Below are positions 8,899-19,472 of a DNA stretch of 64,000 nucleotides, piece by piece. How positions within the stretch are numbered: the stretch's first letter is position 1; each line of letters begins with the position of its first letter. The notes under the pieces are model-generated. The model searched no databases. It was not told the DNA's origin and saw only the letters and a program-made list of their open reading frames with translations. Source of the stretch: Desulfatiglandales bacterium. GTDB lineage: Bacteria > Desulfobacterota > DSM-4660 > Desulfatiglandales > Desulfatiglandaceae. The translations under genes were made by a program, and so were the position numbers. The stretch is taken from the NCBI GenBank assembly GCA_963666345.1, contig OY762721.1, positions 3,392,001 to 3,456,000 of the forward strand, read 5' to 3'.

Positions 8899-11888
8899 AT
8901 CAAATCCCCAAAAGGCCTTTTCCAGTAGTCTTTCATTTCCTCTATATCCAGATCAATTACCCGGCTGTTTCCAGGGCCTGTAACGGTAAAATGTCGTGAA
9001 TCAGTAACCTTTCCGATCATGCCGAAACTGAGGCCGGACAGCATATCCTCAAATGCCGCAGCCTTTTCAACGGCTATCGTTACTATGAATCTCCCGCATG
9101 ATTCCGAATAAAGCATCCGGGCGGGGGAAAGGTCCTCTTTTGCGGGTATTTTTTCAAGGTCGATCTGCATTCCCAGTTCACCCGCCATGGCGACCATGGC
9201 CAGGTGCACTACCAGACCACCCCTTGAAACGGCGTGACATGAGGAAACCGTACCCATTGAAATAGCTCGATGAAGCGCCTTGTAAAGAGGCATGAATTTT
9301 TCCGCGTCCACGCTTGGAACGTTGAGCCCCACGTAATTCATGAGCTGGTAAAATTCACTACCGCCGAGCTCATCCGCTGTCTCACCCAGCACATATATAT
9401 GATGGCCCGGTACCTTTGAGTCCATTGTCACGCAGGTGCCTATATCTTCAACAACGCTGTTGGCGGTAAACAGGAGGGTAGGCAGACCGGAAATCTTTCT
9501 CCTTTCGCCATAGGGGCCTTCCAGATTCCCGTCGATATACATGCTGTCTTTCCCTGACAAAAGAGGGATGCCGTAGCTGAGACAATAATCTCTGAGTGCC
9601 CAGTTGGCCCTCACGAGCTGGGCCGCCTTGTATCTTCCGTCCGGATTTTTTTTCGGATCATACTCCACCGTGGGCCAGCAGAAATTGTCCACTCCCCCTA
9701 TATGTTCGGGGTTCCCACCCACTGCCAGCACCCTCCTGACTGCTTCATCTATAACGGCGGCGGCCATGTGATAGGTGTCTATCCGGGAAAACCAGGGATT
9801 GATGGCCTGGGAGACTGCAATCCCCCTTTTTGAATCGAGTACCGGCCTTATTACGGAGGCATCGCTCGGTATGTCGCGGCCTTTTCCTACCAGAGGCTTT
9901 ATAACGCTTCCGCCCTGGACCTCATGGTCGTACTGCCTTGCGATCCAGTTGCGGGAGCATATATTGGGCCTTGAAAGCATATCAAGAAGAAGCCTGTCAT
10001 GATCGTCAGGTTCATTTATGACCGGCTCGCTCAGCCCCCTCAGTCGGGGAGGTATCCAGTGAGCGTCAAATTCCCACTGGGGGAAGTCCGATTTCAGAAG
10101 ATCCATGCGTACGTAGGCGCAGGTCTCACCATTGTAATCGAGCCTGAGAAAACCAGAATCATTATACTCGCCTATTACGGTGCTTTCAACGGCATGTTTT
10201 TTTGAAAGCCGCATGAATCTGTCGAGATTCGCCGGTGTTACGGCAACGGTCATCCTTTCCTGGGATTCCGAGACCCATATCTCCCACTGATCAAGCCCCT
10301 CGTATTTGAGCGGCACCTTGTCCAGATCTACCCTGCAGCCGTTACTGAATCGGGCCGATTCTCCGATCGAGCTGGACAGCCCCCCACCCCCGTTATCGGT
10401 GATATAGGTGATAAGCCCGTCATCCCTTGCCTCTATCAGAAAGTCGTGCATCTTTTTCTGGGTGTAAGGATCGCCTATCTGCACATGCCCGGCCGGCGTG
10501 TGTTCCGTGTAGGTCTCTGATGCGGCGGTAACACCATGTATGCCGTCCTTGCCGACCCTGCCCCCGCACATTATTATCAACTCTCCCGGTGACGTGGTCT
10601 TGAGGTGAGAAGATCGGCCGTCTGTGACGGAAGGCATTATGCCGAGTGCGGTGACAAAAACGAGACATTTTCCGAGGTAGCTTTCGTCAAACAGGAGCAA
10701 CCCGAAGGGGGTGGGGATGCCGCTCTTGTTGCCTCCGTCCCTAACTCCCTCGATAATACCGTCAAGCAGTCGGCGGGGGTGCAGGTGAGGTTTCAGATCC
10801 CCATCGTAGTCCCTGGGACCGACGCAGAAACCGTACATGCCCATGGTCAGCTTGGCGACCTTTCCGGTACCCATCGGGTCTCTGTATATGCCCACGATTC
10901 CGGTTATCGCACCTCCATAGGCCTCCATGTTAGAGGGGCTGTTATGGGTTTCACCGGTAATCACGTAATAATGATCATCATCGAATTTTCCCACTCCGGC
11001 ATTGTCCCACAGCACCGATACGACCCAGTCTTTTTCATCCTTTATCTTCAGTGTCGGCTGCTCAATGCAGGTTTCAAACAGACTGTCCACATCCTCCTTA
11101 TGCCCTGTTTCCAGGTCGCGATAGTGGAAAAGGCCGGTAAAGGTATTGTGGTTGCAGTGGTCGCTGCGGGCCTGGGAGATATATTCAAGTTCAACATCGG
11201 TGGGAAGTTCCAGCCCGACTCCTTTTCTTTCTTCGATAACGTCTTTTCTCAGGAAATATTCCCTTATCACGGGGATATCCCTGTCTTGAAGGGCCAGATT
11301 GCGTTCCTTGGACAGACCTCTCAGTTCCGCGTCACTTTTTATGGAGATCCTATGGACGCATGGTTCATGATCGAGGATCACTTTAGGCAGGAGAAATCCT
11401 ACCCCTTCGCTGTCATTCCATAGCCCTTTGGAGTAGACCTTCCACTGTTGAATGACCTCGTTTGCCAGGAGTTCCGCGGCGATTGTGTTGATCTGGGCCT
11501 CTGTGAGCGCTCCTTTGACTTCATAGAGCTTTGAGGTGTAAACTGCATTATTATGACCGAATTTTATTCCCAGGAGGTCTTCTATCGCCTCTTTTGCGGT
11601 GCTTCCTTCATTGTCTTTGACACCGGGACGAAAACCGGTCCAGATAAGCCAGTCAAAGTCTCCGGCCATGGGAGAAAATGAGGACTCCTCGGTTACAGGA
11701 TTGGTGAAGATCTCCTTGCTTATTCTCGTCAACTGGGCTCTATCAAGTTCGGCATCAATGGTCAGTATCCTGATCACCCTTATGTCATCGACAGAAAAAC
11801 CGAAATATTCTCTGGCCTTTCTTTTTATCCCGGAGCCCTCGGCATCCAAAAGATCTTTTTTAAGCCTTATCTCAAGTCTTGAAATCAT
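8895..11888 (-). CDS. purL: Phosphoribosylformylglycinamidine synthase PurL (long form, probable PurS-like N-terminus)
   Basis: SDHCNH, ETHNSPS, DNGGGGLSS, SESQERM, QYDHEV, GKDSM motifs; likely start ATG 11888 (MISRLEI). Confidence 0.93.
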   Translation of the reverse strand: MISRLEIRLKKDLLDAEGSGIKRKAREYFGFSVDDIRVIRILTIDAELDRAQLTRISKEIFTNPVTEESSFSPMAGDFDWLIWTGFRPGVKDNEGSTAKEAIEDLLGIKFGHNNAVYTSKLYEVKGALTEAQINTIAAELLANEVIQQWKVYSKGLWNDSEGVGFLLPKVILDHEPCVHRISIKSDAELRGLSKERNLALQDRDIPVIREYFLRKDVIEERKGVGLELPTDVELEYISQARSDHCNHNTFTGLFHYRDLETGHKEDVDSLFETCIEQPTLKIKDEKDWVVSVLWDNAGVGKFDDDHYYVITGETHNSPSNMEAYGGAITGIVGIYRDPMGTGKVAKLTMGMYGFCVGPRDYDGDLKPHLHPRRLLDGIIEGVRDGGNKSGIPTPFGLLLFDESYLGKCLVFVTALGIMPSVTDGRSSHLKTTSPGELIIMCGGRVGKDGIHGVTAASETYTEHTPAGHVQIGDPYTQKKMHDFLIEARDDGLITYITDNGGGGLSSSIGESARFSNGCRVDLDKVPLKYEGLDQWEIWVSESQERMTVAVTPANLDRFMRLSKKHAVESTVIGEYNDSGFLRLDYNGETCAYVRMDLLKSDFPQWEFDAHWIPPRLRGLSEPVINEPDDHDRLLLDMLSRPNICSRNWIARQYDHEVQGGSVIKPLVGKGRDIPSDASVIRPVLDSKRGIAVSQAINPWFSRIDTYHMAAAVIDEAVRRVLAVGGNPEHIGGVDNFCWPTVEYDPKKNPDGRYKAAQLVRANWALRDYCLSYGIPLLSGKDSMYIDGNLEGPYGERRKISGLPTLLFTANSVVEDIGTCVTMDSKVPGHHIYVLGETADELGGSEFYQLMNYVGLNVPSVDAEKFMPLYKALHRAISMGTVSSCHAVSRGGLVVHLAMVAMAGELGMQIDLEKIPAKEDLSPARMLYSESCGRFIVTIAVEKAAAFEDMLSGLSFGMIGKVTDSRHFTVTGPGNSRVIDLDIEEMKDYWKRPFGDLI

Positions 11889-12081
11889 TGTTGATTCCCT
11901 GTCTGATCCGTCCTGTGCGAACGAGCCTTGCCGGAGGCGGGCAAGTCCACCACAGGCGTTCGATGGTTTATTCCCCCTAATCCTATGCGGGGGTTGCATT
12001 CCGGTAGTGGAAAACGCTGAGACAAAGGGTAAATGAATTGCCCCGGTGAGTCAATACAATTAGCCCTTGAGTTAATATGGC

Positions 12082-12097
12082 TTGAAATCCCATATTT
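12082..12097 (+). repeat. Left attachment core (TTGAAATCCCATATTT)
   Basis: Identical 16-mer at 27461-27476; lies about 50 bp from the integrase stop codon. Confidence 0.85.
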
Positions 12098-12150
12098 TCT
12101 TACCTAATCTAAAAAAATAAATCAAATAAATTTAAGTGTTTAACTCGTTT

Positions 12151-12852
12151 TTAGTGCTTCCCGTTCCCTTCATTGCTAACGGTTTTGCTAACATTTTTCC
12201 TGAAGGTCTCTAATATCTTTATTGCCTGGATTTTGTCTTGATCGTCAATTCTGTCATACCTTGAATCCATATCTCTTGATGAATGTCCGGTGATTGACAT
12301 CCTGACAGATTTTGAAACTCCGGCCTTTCTTGCATCTGTGACAAAGGTATGCCTCAAGTCATGGAATATAAAACCACCTTTGACCCTTGATCCCCATTGA
12401 ATCCCGGCATCCTTGCAAGCCTTCATCATGGCTTTTCTGAAATAATTTATGTCTCTGTATTGAATAGAAAAAACATGATCGTCATGTATTGACCTAGGAA
12501 TCTTCTTAAGTATCTGGAAGGTCTCTTCTGATATCGGAATGCTTTTCTTTTTACTTTCCTTTGTGTCTTCAGCCTCAAGGGTTATCATTCTATGTTTTAG
12601 GTCCACCTTATCCCATGTCAGATTGACAATTTCACCTTTTCGCATCCCTGACCAGTACCCTAGGGATATAATACCTTCTAACGGTTTTTGAGAATGCTCA
12701 AAAAGGCTGCTGTATTCACTTACAGTCAATATCCTATCCCTGGCATTAGTATTTCCTTTGAGAAGTGACTTGACCCTTCTTAATGCCTTCAGTGGTTCGC
12801 CTGTTATCAGGTCGTTATCAAATGCCTTTATCACCATTGATTTCGTGTATTT
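12151..12852 (-). pseudogene. Tyrosine recombinase/integrase, N-terminus removed by IS21
   Basis: GMRKGEI, FHDLRHTF, TGH and RY catalytic motifs; the ORF-track start MGQFWTP is read from the IS21 inverted repeat. Confidence 0.9.
12173..12192 (+). repeat. Putative integrase arm-type sites (TTGCTAAC x2)
   Basis: Tandem TTGCTAAC at 12173 and 12185; the same pair recurs at 27309 and 27320 near the right att. Confidence 0.65.
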
Positions 12853-12982
12853 TGTGAATGGTTTTTGGTTTAAGGCGGCATGCAAAAATGACCCACCTAT
12901 AGGGCGAATCGGCGTCCAAAATTGACCCACCCCTGAAAGCCTTCTATTCTGCTGTGACTATGGTAGAAGGAGGCGGAAAGGG

Positions 12983-14500
12983 ATGCTCACAGTGGAAACA
13001 ATCCGTAAGATACGATTAGCTGTTCTCAGAGATGGCAAATCCATACGTCAGACAGCGAAGGATCTGCGCCTTAGCAAAAATACAGTAAAAAAGGCGATAA
13101 GGAGCGGAGAAACATCTTTTCAGTACGAACGAAGCAACCAGCCAAGACCCAAGCTGGGGCCGTTTATAGACATGCTGAAAGGCTTTCTGGAAGAAGACGA
13201 GAAACTGCCCAAAAAACTGCGCAGGACAGCCCAGATACTTTTTGAAGAGCTGCAACTCAACGGCTACGAAGGTGGCTATGACAGCGTACGGAGATATGTT
13301 CAAAGATGGCGCCAGGATCAAAGGAGCTTGCCAAAGGAGGTATTTATACCTTTGGTATTTGATCCTGCAGAAGCCTTTCAGTTTGACTGGAGTCATGAGT
13401 GGGTAGATCTGGACGGAAGCAGAGTAAAGGCAAAGGTTGCACATATAAGGTTATGTCACAGCCGCTACTTCCTTTGTATTGCCTACCCCAGAGAAACCCA
13501 GGAGATGGTGTTTGATGCCCATATCAGGGCCTTTGAGTTTTTTGGGGGAGTTTGCCGTAAAGGCATCTATGACAATCTCAAAACAGTGGTTAACAAGATC
13601 CTGGGAGGAAGGGAAAGACAGTTCAACAGCCGCTTCAGCCAACTGTGTTCCCATTATTTATTTGAACCGGTAAGCTGCACCCCTGCTGCAGGTTGGGAAA
13701 AGGGTCAGGTGGAAAACCAGGTAGGTGTGGTCAGAAGGAGATTTTTCACTCCCCGAATCAAGGCCAGGGATTTCACACACCTAAACGAGCTGCTTAGAGA
13801 ACAATGCATCACCTGGGCAAAGACCCGTAAGCATCCAACAATATCTGATAAGACGGTTTGGCAGGTCTACAGTGAAGAGAGACCCTATCTGATAAATCTA
13901 CCACCTCTCTTTGATGGATATGCACAACGTCCAGCCAGGGTTACCCCCAGCTCACTTGTAACCTATGACCGGAACCGATACAGCGTTAATTGCAGCCAGG
14001 TGGGTAAAGCGGTCTATATGAGAGTATATGCCGATCGGATAGTGATAGTAAATAACGGTTGTATCGTAGGAGAGCATGATAGGCATTTTGGAAAGAACAA
14101 GACTATTTTTAATCCCTGGCATTATGTCCCGGTCCTTGAACGTAAGCCCGGGGCTCTCCGTAATGGAGCCCCCTTTAAAGACTGGCAACTTCCCGATCCT
14201 GTCGAAGGCGTCCTAAATGGGCTTCAAAACCGTTTTTCCGACTGGGACCGTCAGTTTGTGGCCATTCTAAATGCTGTTCCTTTCTACGGACTTGAGGCTG
14301 TAAGTAAAGCCTGTAAGGAGGCCCTAAAGATAAGGGCCGTAAGTAAAGAGGTGGTTCTCAATCTTTTAAACAGGGATCAGGATCAGGATTGCACGCCTGA
14401 TTTGGGTATCCCCTCCCATCTGATTCTCAAGCAAGAGCCCATAGCAGACTGCCGCCGCTATGAACGTTTGGTAAGGGAGGGATACCATGCTGCGCAATGA
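12983..14500 (+). CDS. istA: IS21 transposase
   Basis: N-terminal HTH, FQFDW, YDNLK and EKGQVE (DDE) motifs. Confidence 0.95.
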   Translation: MLTVETIRKIRLAVLRDGKSIRQTAKDLRLSKNTVKKAIRSGETSFQYERSNQPRPKLGPFIDMLKGFLEEDEKLPKKLRRTAQILFEELQLNGYEGGYDSVRRYVQRWRQDQRSLPKEVFIPLVFDPAEAFQFDWSHEWVDLDGSRVKAKVAHIRLCHSRYFLCIAYPRETQEMVFDAHIRAFEFFGGVCRKGIYDNLKTVVNKILGGRERQFNSRFSQLCSHYLFEPVSCTPAAGWEKGQVENQVGVVRRRFFTPRIKARDFTHLNELLREQCITWAKTRKHPTISDKTVWQVYSEERPYLINLPPLFDGYAQRPARVTPSSLVTYDRNRYSVNCSQVGKAVYMRVYADRIVIVNNGCIVGEHDRHFGKNKTIFNPWHYVPVLERKPGALRNGAPFKDWQLPDPVEGVLNGLQNRFSDWDRQFVAILNAVPFYGLEAVSKACKEALKIRAVSKEVVLNLLNRDQDQDCTPDLGIPSHLILKQEPIADCRRYERLVREGYHAAQ

Positions 14501-15218
14501 TATCATGGACCAGATGGAAAAACTAAAGTTGCGGGGTATGCAGTCCATTTATGATGAAGTTGTCTCCAATGGACGCAAGAGCCATTCAACGCCTGAAAAG
14601 GTAATCCTGGAACTGCTCAAGGCTGAAGCTGCCGAAAGATATATAAGGAGTATCCGATATCGTATGGGACAGGCCAGGTTTCCTGTCCTTAAAGATATCG
14701 ATGGCTTTGATTTTAACGGGGCCTGTGTTGATGAAGCCCAGATTAGGTCTATTTATCAGGGTGATTTTATAGCCGAACATATCAACCTGATTTTTGTAGG
14801 TGGCACCGGTACGGGCAAAACCCATTTAGCCATAACTATAGCGGCCCAGGCCATAAGGAATGGCAGGAAGTGCAAGTTTTATAACCTGGTGGATCTGGCA
14901 AATGAGCTTGAGCAGGAGAAAATGATTGGATTGGCCGGCAAAATCACAGCAAGACTACTTCGATTTGATCTTGTGGTCCTCGATGAACTGGGTTATCTGC
15001 CTTTTTCCAAAAACGGCAGTCAACTGCTCTTTCATCTTATATCAAAACTCTACGAACAGACATCCATAGTAATCACCACCAACTTGACCTTCGGTGAATG
15101 GCCCCAAGTCTTTGGAGATAAAAAAATGACTACGGCCATGCTTGATCGGTTGACTCATCATTGTGAAATTATAGAAACAGGTAACGAAAGCTGGAGAATG
15201 AAACACGCAGCTTCATAG
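14487..15218 (+). CDS. istB: IS21 helper ATPase
   Basis: [29 protein letters not shown]. Confidence 0.95.
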   Translation: MLRNDIMDQMEKLKLRGMQSIYDEVVSNGRKSHSTPEKVILELLKAEAAERYIRSIRYRMGQARFPVLKDIDGFDFNGACVDEAQIRSIYQGDFIAEHINLIFVGGTGTGKTHLAITIAAQAIRNGRKCKFYNLVDLANELEQEKMIGLAGKITARLLRFDLVVLDELGYLPFSKNGSQLLFHLISKLYEQTSIVITTNLTFGEWPQVFGDKKMTTAMLDRLTHHCEIIETGNESWRMKHAAS

Positions 15219-15321
15219 ATAAAGAAGGGATCAACTACTCAACTATTTAACCATATTTTTTTCTCAGGGGTGGGTCAATTTTGGACGCCGATGATGGGTC
15301 AATTTTCAACGCCTATTGACA

Positions 15322-17423
15322 TTCAGGTAGTCGCCTACAATAGAAGGGTCTAGGACATTGATATTTCTTACTCTTAATTCGGGAGTTACGCTTTCCTTGT
15401 CTACCTGTGCCAAGTTATTCATAGGGGATACTTTCTCCGGTCCCCTTTCTCCAAATTCATAGAGTTGTCCGCTTTCCCCAATACCCTTGATATGCTCGTT
15501 TATTGTCCCGCCACCAGCCATGAACTGCACCGGGTTATCAAAATTCGGAGTAAACCCACCACTAAACATCCCGGTAATTGCGCCTGCCGCTTTACTTATC
15601 AAACCATTACCTGAAGACCCTCCGGTCAAGGTATTAAATAGCGGTTCAATGGTGTACTTCTGAAGCATCATTTGTGTAACCATTTTTGAATATGATTTCA
15701 GGATGTCATTAAAAGAGGTATCAGCACCCCAGACCATTTCATTGAGGGTGCTTGACCATGAAGAGGCCCAACCGGACATAGCGTTTTCAAGTTCATTACT
15801 CAAAGACTTGACTTCGGTCTTCTGCTTTTCATAATAGACCTCTGTTAATTGCTCTATGGCTTTCTGTTTGGCCTCTTCATCTTGAATGCTTTTTTCTATA
15901 TATTCCCGCTGTACGTCGTACCAGTCAGACAGCCTTTGTTCTTCAGTCTGGAAATGTTCATTCCATAGGGTTTGGATGTCCTTTATGGTATCGCTTTCTA
16001 AGCTGATCCTGGCTTCCCAACCTTCAATGTTAAGTTGGTTCTCCTGTCTTATCCTGTCCGCTGCGGCTGCTAGTCTTTCTATGTCTGCGTTTCTGTTTGC
16101 CTTTGAAATGAATGCCAGTTTGTCGGCCTCAGTCAGCCCGGTAACTTTTGGCTGTATTGTTTTAATGTTCGCTGCTTTAGGGGTGAAAGAGGAAAAATCC
16201 GGCTGGGAAAGCATCCAACTATCTTTGATCTTGTTAAGCTCGGCATATTGCTGTCTGTTCTGAAGGTCTGAAATGGTCTTGTCTATCAATGCAATATTAG
16301 CAGTCAGCCTTTTTGCGCCCTCTCTTGCCTCTTCTTTCGTGATATATCCCGGCACCCATGCAAGGGCCTTGTCAGTAAAGTCTGATCCTGTAGTGGCACT
16401 CTGAAACTTATTCAGTTCCTTTTGTAGGTCTTCTCGCTGTTCTTTAAGCCTACCCATGACTGTATCAGGACCATACAGAAGCCCGGCCCACCACTCAGCG
16501 GCAAAGGCAACACTACCCACCGCGCCACCAGCGGCACTACTCACCAGCTTTAAAGACTGCGCGATATTTCCCAAATAAGTTGGGATATCCTGTCTTAAAA
16601 ATTCCTGATTCTGTGCAACCCAACTGGTCATGTCTTCGGCGATTTCTGCAATGCTAGGAGCTGCGGAAATAACAGCACTCGTCATTTGTGTTTTTATAAC
16701 AGTTGATAGGTCTGTTAATCTGTCATTTGCCGTTGCTGACCCCCGGATAAGGTGTTCATCTATGGCAAGGCCAAGACGTTCAAAAGTGGCCCTTAGCTCT
16801 TCTACTGACTTCATGCCGCCCTTTACGACATTGGTCATTCCCACACCAGCCGACCGGCCAAAAGCGGCAGATGAAAAAGCGGCCTTGTCCGTTGCATTCT
16901 CAATACCGGCCATTCGGTTTATGTAAATATCAAGGGCTTCCCCGGTTGTGTTCGTGGCTACAAGCTGATTTAATAGCTCTTCATCGTATTTCTTCAGATA
17001 GGTGAGCATCGCCCCGGTACCAACCTTGAGTTCACCTATTCGCTTTGTGAATGCTTCCAGGGCTCCATCGAGTTTGCCGGTTTCAACCCCCGAACGTTCA
17101 GCCATAAACCTATATTCCTGAAGTTTATCGGTAGATATGCCTATTCTGTCTGCTGTCTTTCCGATCGTGTCAGCGGCATCAATATTTCTTTTGATCAGAT
17201 ACCCTAGACCAGTTGCACCAGCCGCTAGAACCATGCCGCTCCTGAAGTTTAAAACTGACTTTCTTAAGGAGGTCCATTGCCGTTCAGCCTTTGCAAGATA
17301 TCTGTTTGTTTTGGCTGAAAAGGAATTGACTGAGCTGGCCGCGCTTCTTAGGTCTGCTTTGAATTTATCATCATTGACAATCAGGTCAGTTACCAGACTG
17401 CCAATGTCCATTTTATTTGCCAT
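15322..17423 (-). CDS. Phage tail tape measure protein, C-terminus clipped by IS21
   Basis: N-terminal IGSLVTDLIVNDDKF and ADTIGKTADRIGISTDKLQ; long helical body; C-terminal MAGGG...GERGPE...NINVLDP typical of siphophage TMPs. Confidence 0.8.
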
Positions 17424-17698
17424 TACGTCTCCTTTCCTTAAAAATAAGCCCCAGGATCGTTTTTTGACTTAGACATATACATATTCAACCCTAGGGTAAT
17501 ATATTAAATACAACCTCGTGCCGATTAAGGCCCATAAAAGGCGCATTTTAGTTTGACACTAGATAGAGGTTCCCCCAGGCGGCTAAGAAGGCGCAAAACC
17601 GCCCAGGGGATAGGGGGGCTGTCCAGGCCCCAACTTTCTTGTTATGACTTGGAATGCTTTTCATTATAGTGTTTTATGGATCTAGCCTCTCGCTTCCT

Positions 17699-18235
17699 TT
17701 ATTCAAAATCTTTTGCCGTCAATATTTCCGGCTCAAAATCGGCATCCTTCAATCTGCTTTTCTCCGCGTCTGTCAAAAGCCCCACTCGATCCAAGTAAGC
17801 GGCCTGTGATTCAACAATTAACCGTTCATCCGGGTTAAACTCATAGGGGTCTAATATTGGTACTCCAAAAACAAAAGATTGTGTCTCTTCAAGCGGCTCT
17901 TCATCTGGTTTTCTTTGGTAATTTTGGGGGCATTCCAAGATTTTGCGATTTCCCGGCGCTTCAAGCTGCCACCATGCAAACGGTTTTTGCCCTGGATGTT
18001 CCTTTAACCAGCTTATAACCGTTGCTGAATTTTTAATTTCAGCCCATGTTTCAAACCATGTCGGTCCTTTACCATGCCTGACTGAAGGTTCACCCGGTAT
18101 GGCCCAACAAAATGAAAAACCCCTAAAACCTTCATTTTGTGGCTCATCCCCAGTAAGTAAAAATTTCACTTGCCAATCTTCAAGGCTATTGGCGTTTACT
18201 CTTTTTCTTGTAATTTTTTTCCTTTTTGTTGGCAT
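17699..18235 (-). CDS. Hypothetical protein coupled to small terminase
   Basis: 178-aa ORF starting 1 nt after the terS stop; basic N-terminus, HPGQKPFAWW and ESQAAYLDRVGLL segments. Confidence 0.7.
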   Translation of the reverse strand: MPTKRKKITRKRVNANSLEDWQVKFLLTGDEPQNEGFRGFSFCWAIPGEPSVRHGKGPTWFETWAEIKNSATVISWLKEHPGQKPFAWWQLEAPGNRKILECPQNYQRKPDEEPLEETQSFVFGVPILDPYEFNPDERLIVESQAAYLDRVGLLTDAEKSRLKDADFEPEILTAKDFE

Positions 18236-18236
18236 T

Positions 18237-18581
18237 CTAGCTCCTTCCGCCTGGCCTTCCCGGTTTGTCCCTTAGCGGTTCAATGTCCAGGTTTAAGGCC
18301 CTTAACGCGTGGAATTTTTGTCCCCTGGCATCGCGTTCAATCCCTAATAGAGGATGTAATTTTTTCTGTTGAAAACGGTCCAAAATAGTTTGACCTTCCT
18401 TTTTAATCTGCTTGCGGCATTTGATCTCTCGCGACTCTGCGTTCCCGTATTGCTGTAAAAGCAGTAATCCGGCAACATCATTAATAAGATATTCGTCAGC
18501 TAAAGATTCTATTCTTAAAACAGTCTCTTTTGGCCAATGTTTACATGGCCTCAAGTGACTTGGTACGTCATTCCAGTCCAT
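18237..18581 (-). CDS. Terminase small subunit, P27 family
   Basis: LLQQYG...IKKEGQTILDRFQQKKLHPLLGIERDAR...ALRALNL pattern of P27-type TerS; GAGGAG RBS. Confidence 0.78.
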   Translation of the reverse strand: MDWNDVPSHLRPCKHWPKETVLRIESLADEYLINDVAGLLLLQQYGNAESREIKCRKQIKKEGQTILDRFQQKKLHPLLGIERDARGQKFHALRALNLDIEPLRDKPGRPGGRS

Positions 18582-18717
18582 TCCATAGACTCCTCAATTT
18601 TTTTTAAGGAAAAACTCAATTTAAAAAAGAAATTCCTAGGCACATGGTTATAGGCATAGGTCGTATAAGGCTATATAGGCCCCCCTGTAAAAGGGGGGAC
18701 CGCTAAACCCGACTGGC

Positions 18718-19443
18718 TTATAGTTTGGCTAGTTTTGCGTCAATCCTTGCAACCCTTGAAGCAAGATCTTCGTCAGTTGGTAGTAAGTGAAAGGGGTTTA
18801 TGTCGGAAACATCGCGGTCAGATTTTTCAATGTTAAAGTCTTCTAGTTGGTGCGGATCTGGAATATTATCCTTAAGCTTCTCAAGCAATACTTCGTCAAA
18901 CTCTGGCTCTAGCTTCATGGCCTCAAGCAACTTGATAGATTGCTGACAGTATTCTACAGCTCTCAATATAGAATTTTTGTTGCTATAGGTAACTAGCTTC
19001 TTTTTCAGCTTGATTAAATTTAAGCCCATGTTTCGTGTTTGGCTATTGGCTTTCAACCTTCGGAAGTCAGCTAGCTTGGTATTAAAAAACTCAATCCCCC
19101 GGTCAATTTCAGGATCGTAAGTTGTATAAATAATTTCCTGCCACTTGTTTATAGCATTGTTCAACCTCGCACTCTCACCCCATTTTTTTAATCGCAACCT
19201 GTTCACTTCCTTTTCTGCATCTCTTAGGGCATCTGCTGCGGAATTCATAGTCTGTGTCGCTTTTTCAAGATCGTCATTAAGTTTGAAAATCCTCTTTTCT
19301 CCTTCCGTCTTCAGCTTGTCGATTTCCTTTGCTGCCGCCTTTCGTTTTTTAATGACTTCGCGTTCTGCTGCTTCCCGCGCTGCTCTTATTCCTGCTGATT
19401 CTTCAATCTCCTTAAGCCTTTTCTCTAATGCTGTGTTTTCCAT
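18718..19443 (-). CDS. Coiled-coil hypothetical protein
   Basis: E/K/A-rich heptad pattern; GGAGG RBS before ATG 19443. Confidence 0.7.
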   Translation of the reverse strand: MENTALEKRLKEIEESAGIRAAREAAEREVIKKRKAAAKEIDKLKTEGEKRIFKLNDDLEKATQTMNSAADALRDAEKEVNRLRLKKWGESARLNNAINKWQEIIYTTYDPEIDRGIEFFNTKLADFRRLKANSQTRNMGLNLIKLKKKLVTYSNKNSILRAVEYCQQSIKLLEAMKLEPEFDEVLLEKLKDNIPDPHQLEDFNIEKSDRDVSDINPFHLLPTDEDLASRVARIDAKLAKL

Positions 19444-19472
19444 AATGCCTCCATTTTGTTTAGTGTTTTTGT

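Larger units (their letters stand above)
12853..15321 (+). mobile_element. IS21-family insertion sequence, copy 1
   Basis: istA/istB pair; ends TG...CA with reiterated AAAATTGACCCA-type subterminal repeats; matches copy 2 except for 16 extra bp in the left end; no target duplication. Confidence 0.92.

Noticed and set aside
11889..11999. PurL N-terminal extension MQPPHR..
   Set aside because: No similarity to PurL or PurS and no RBS; the ATG at 11888 has a plausible AGGGA RBS.
12853..12930. ORF-track N-termini MGQFWTP.. (integrase) and MGHFCMP.. (23003-24316)
   Set aside because: Both are read out of the IS21 left end and are not native starts.
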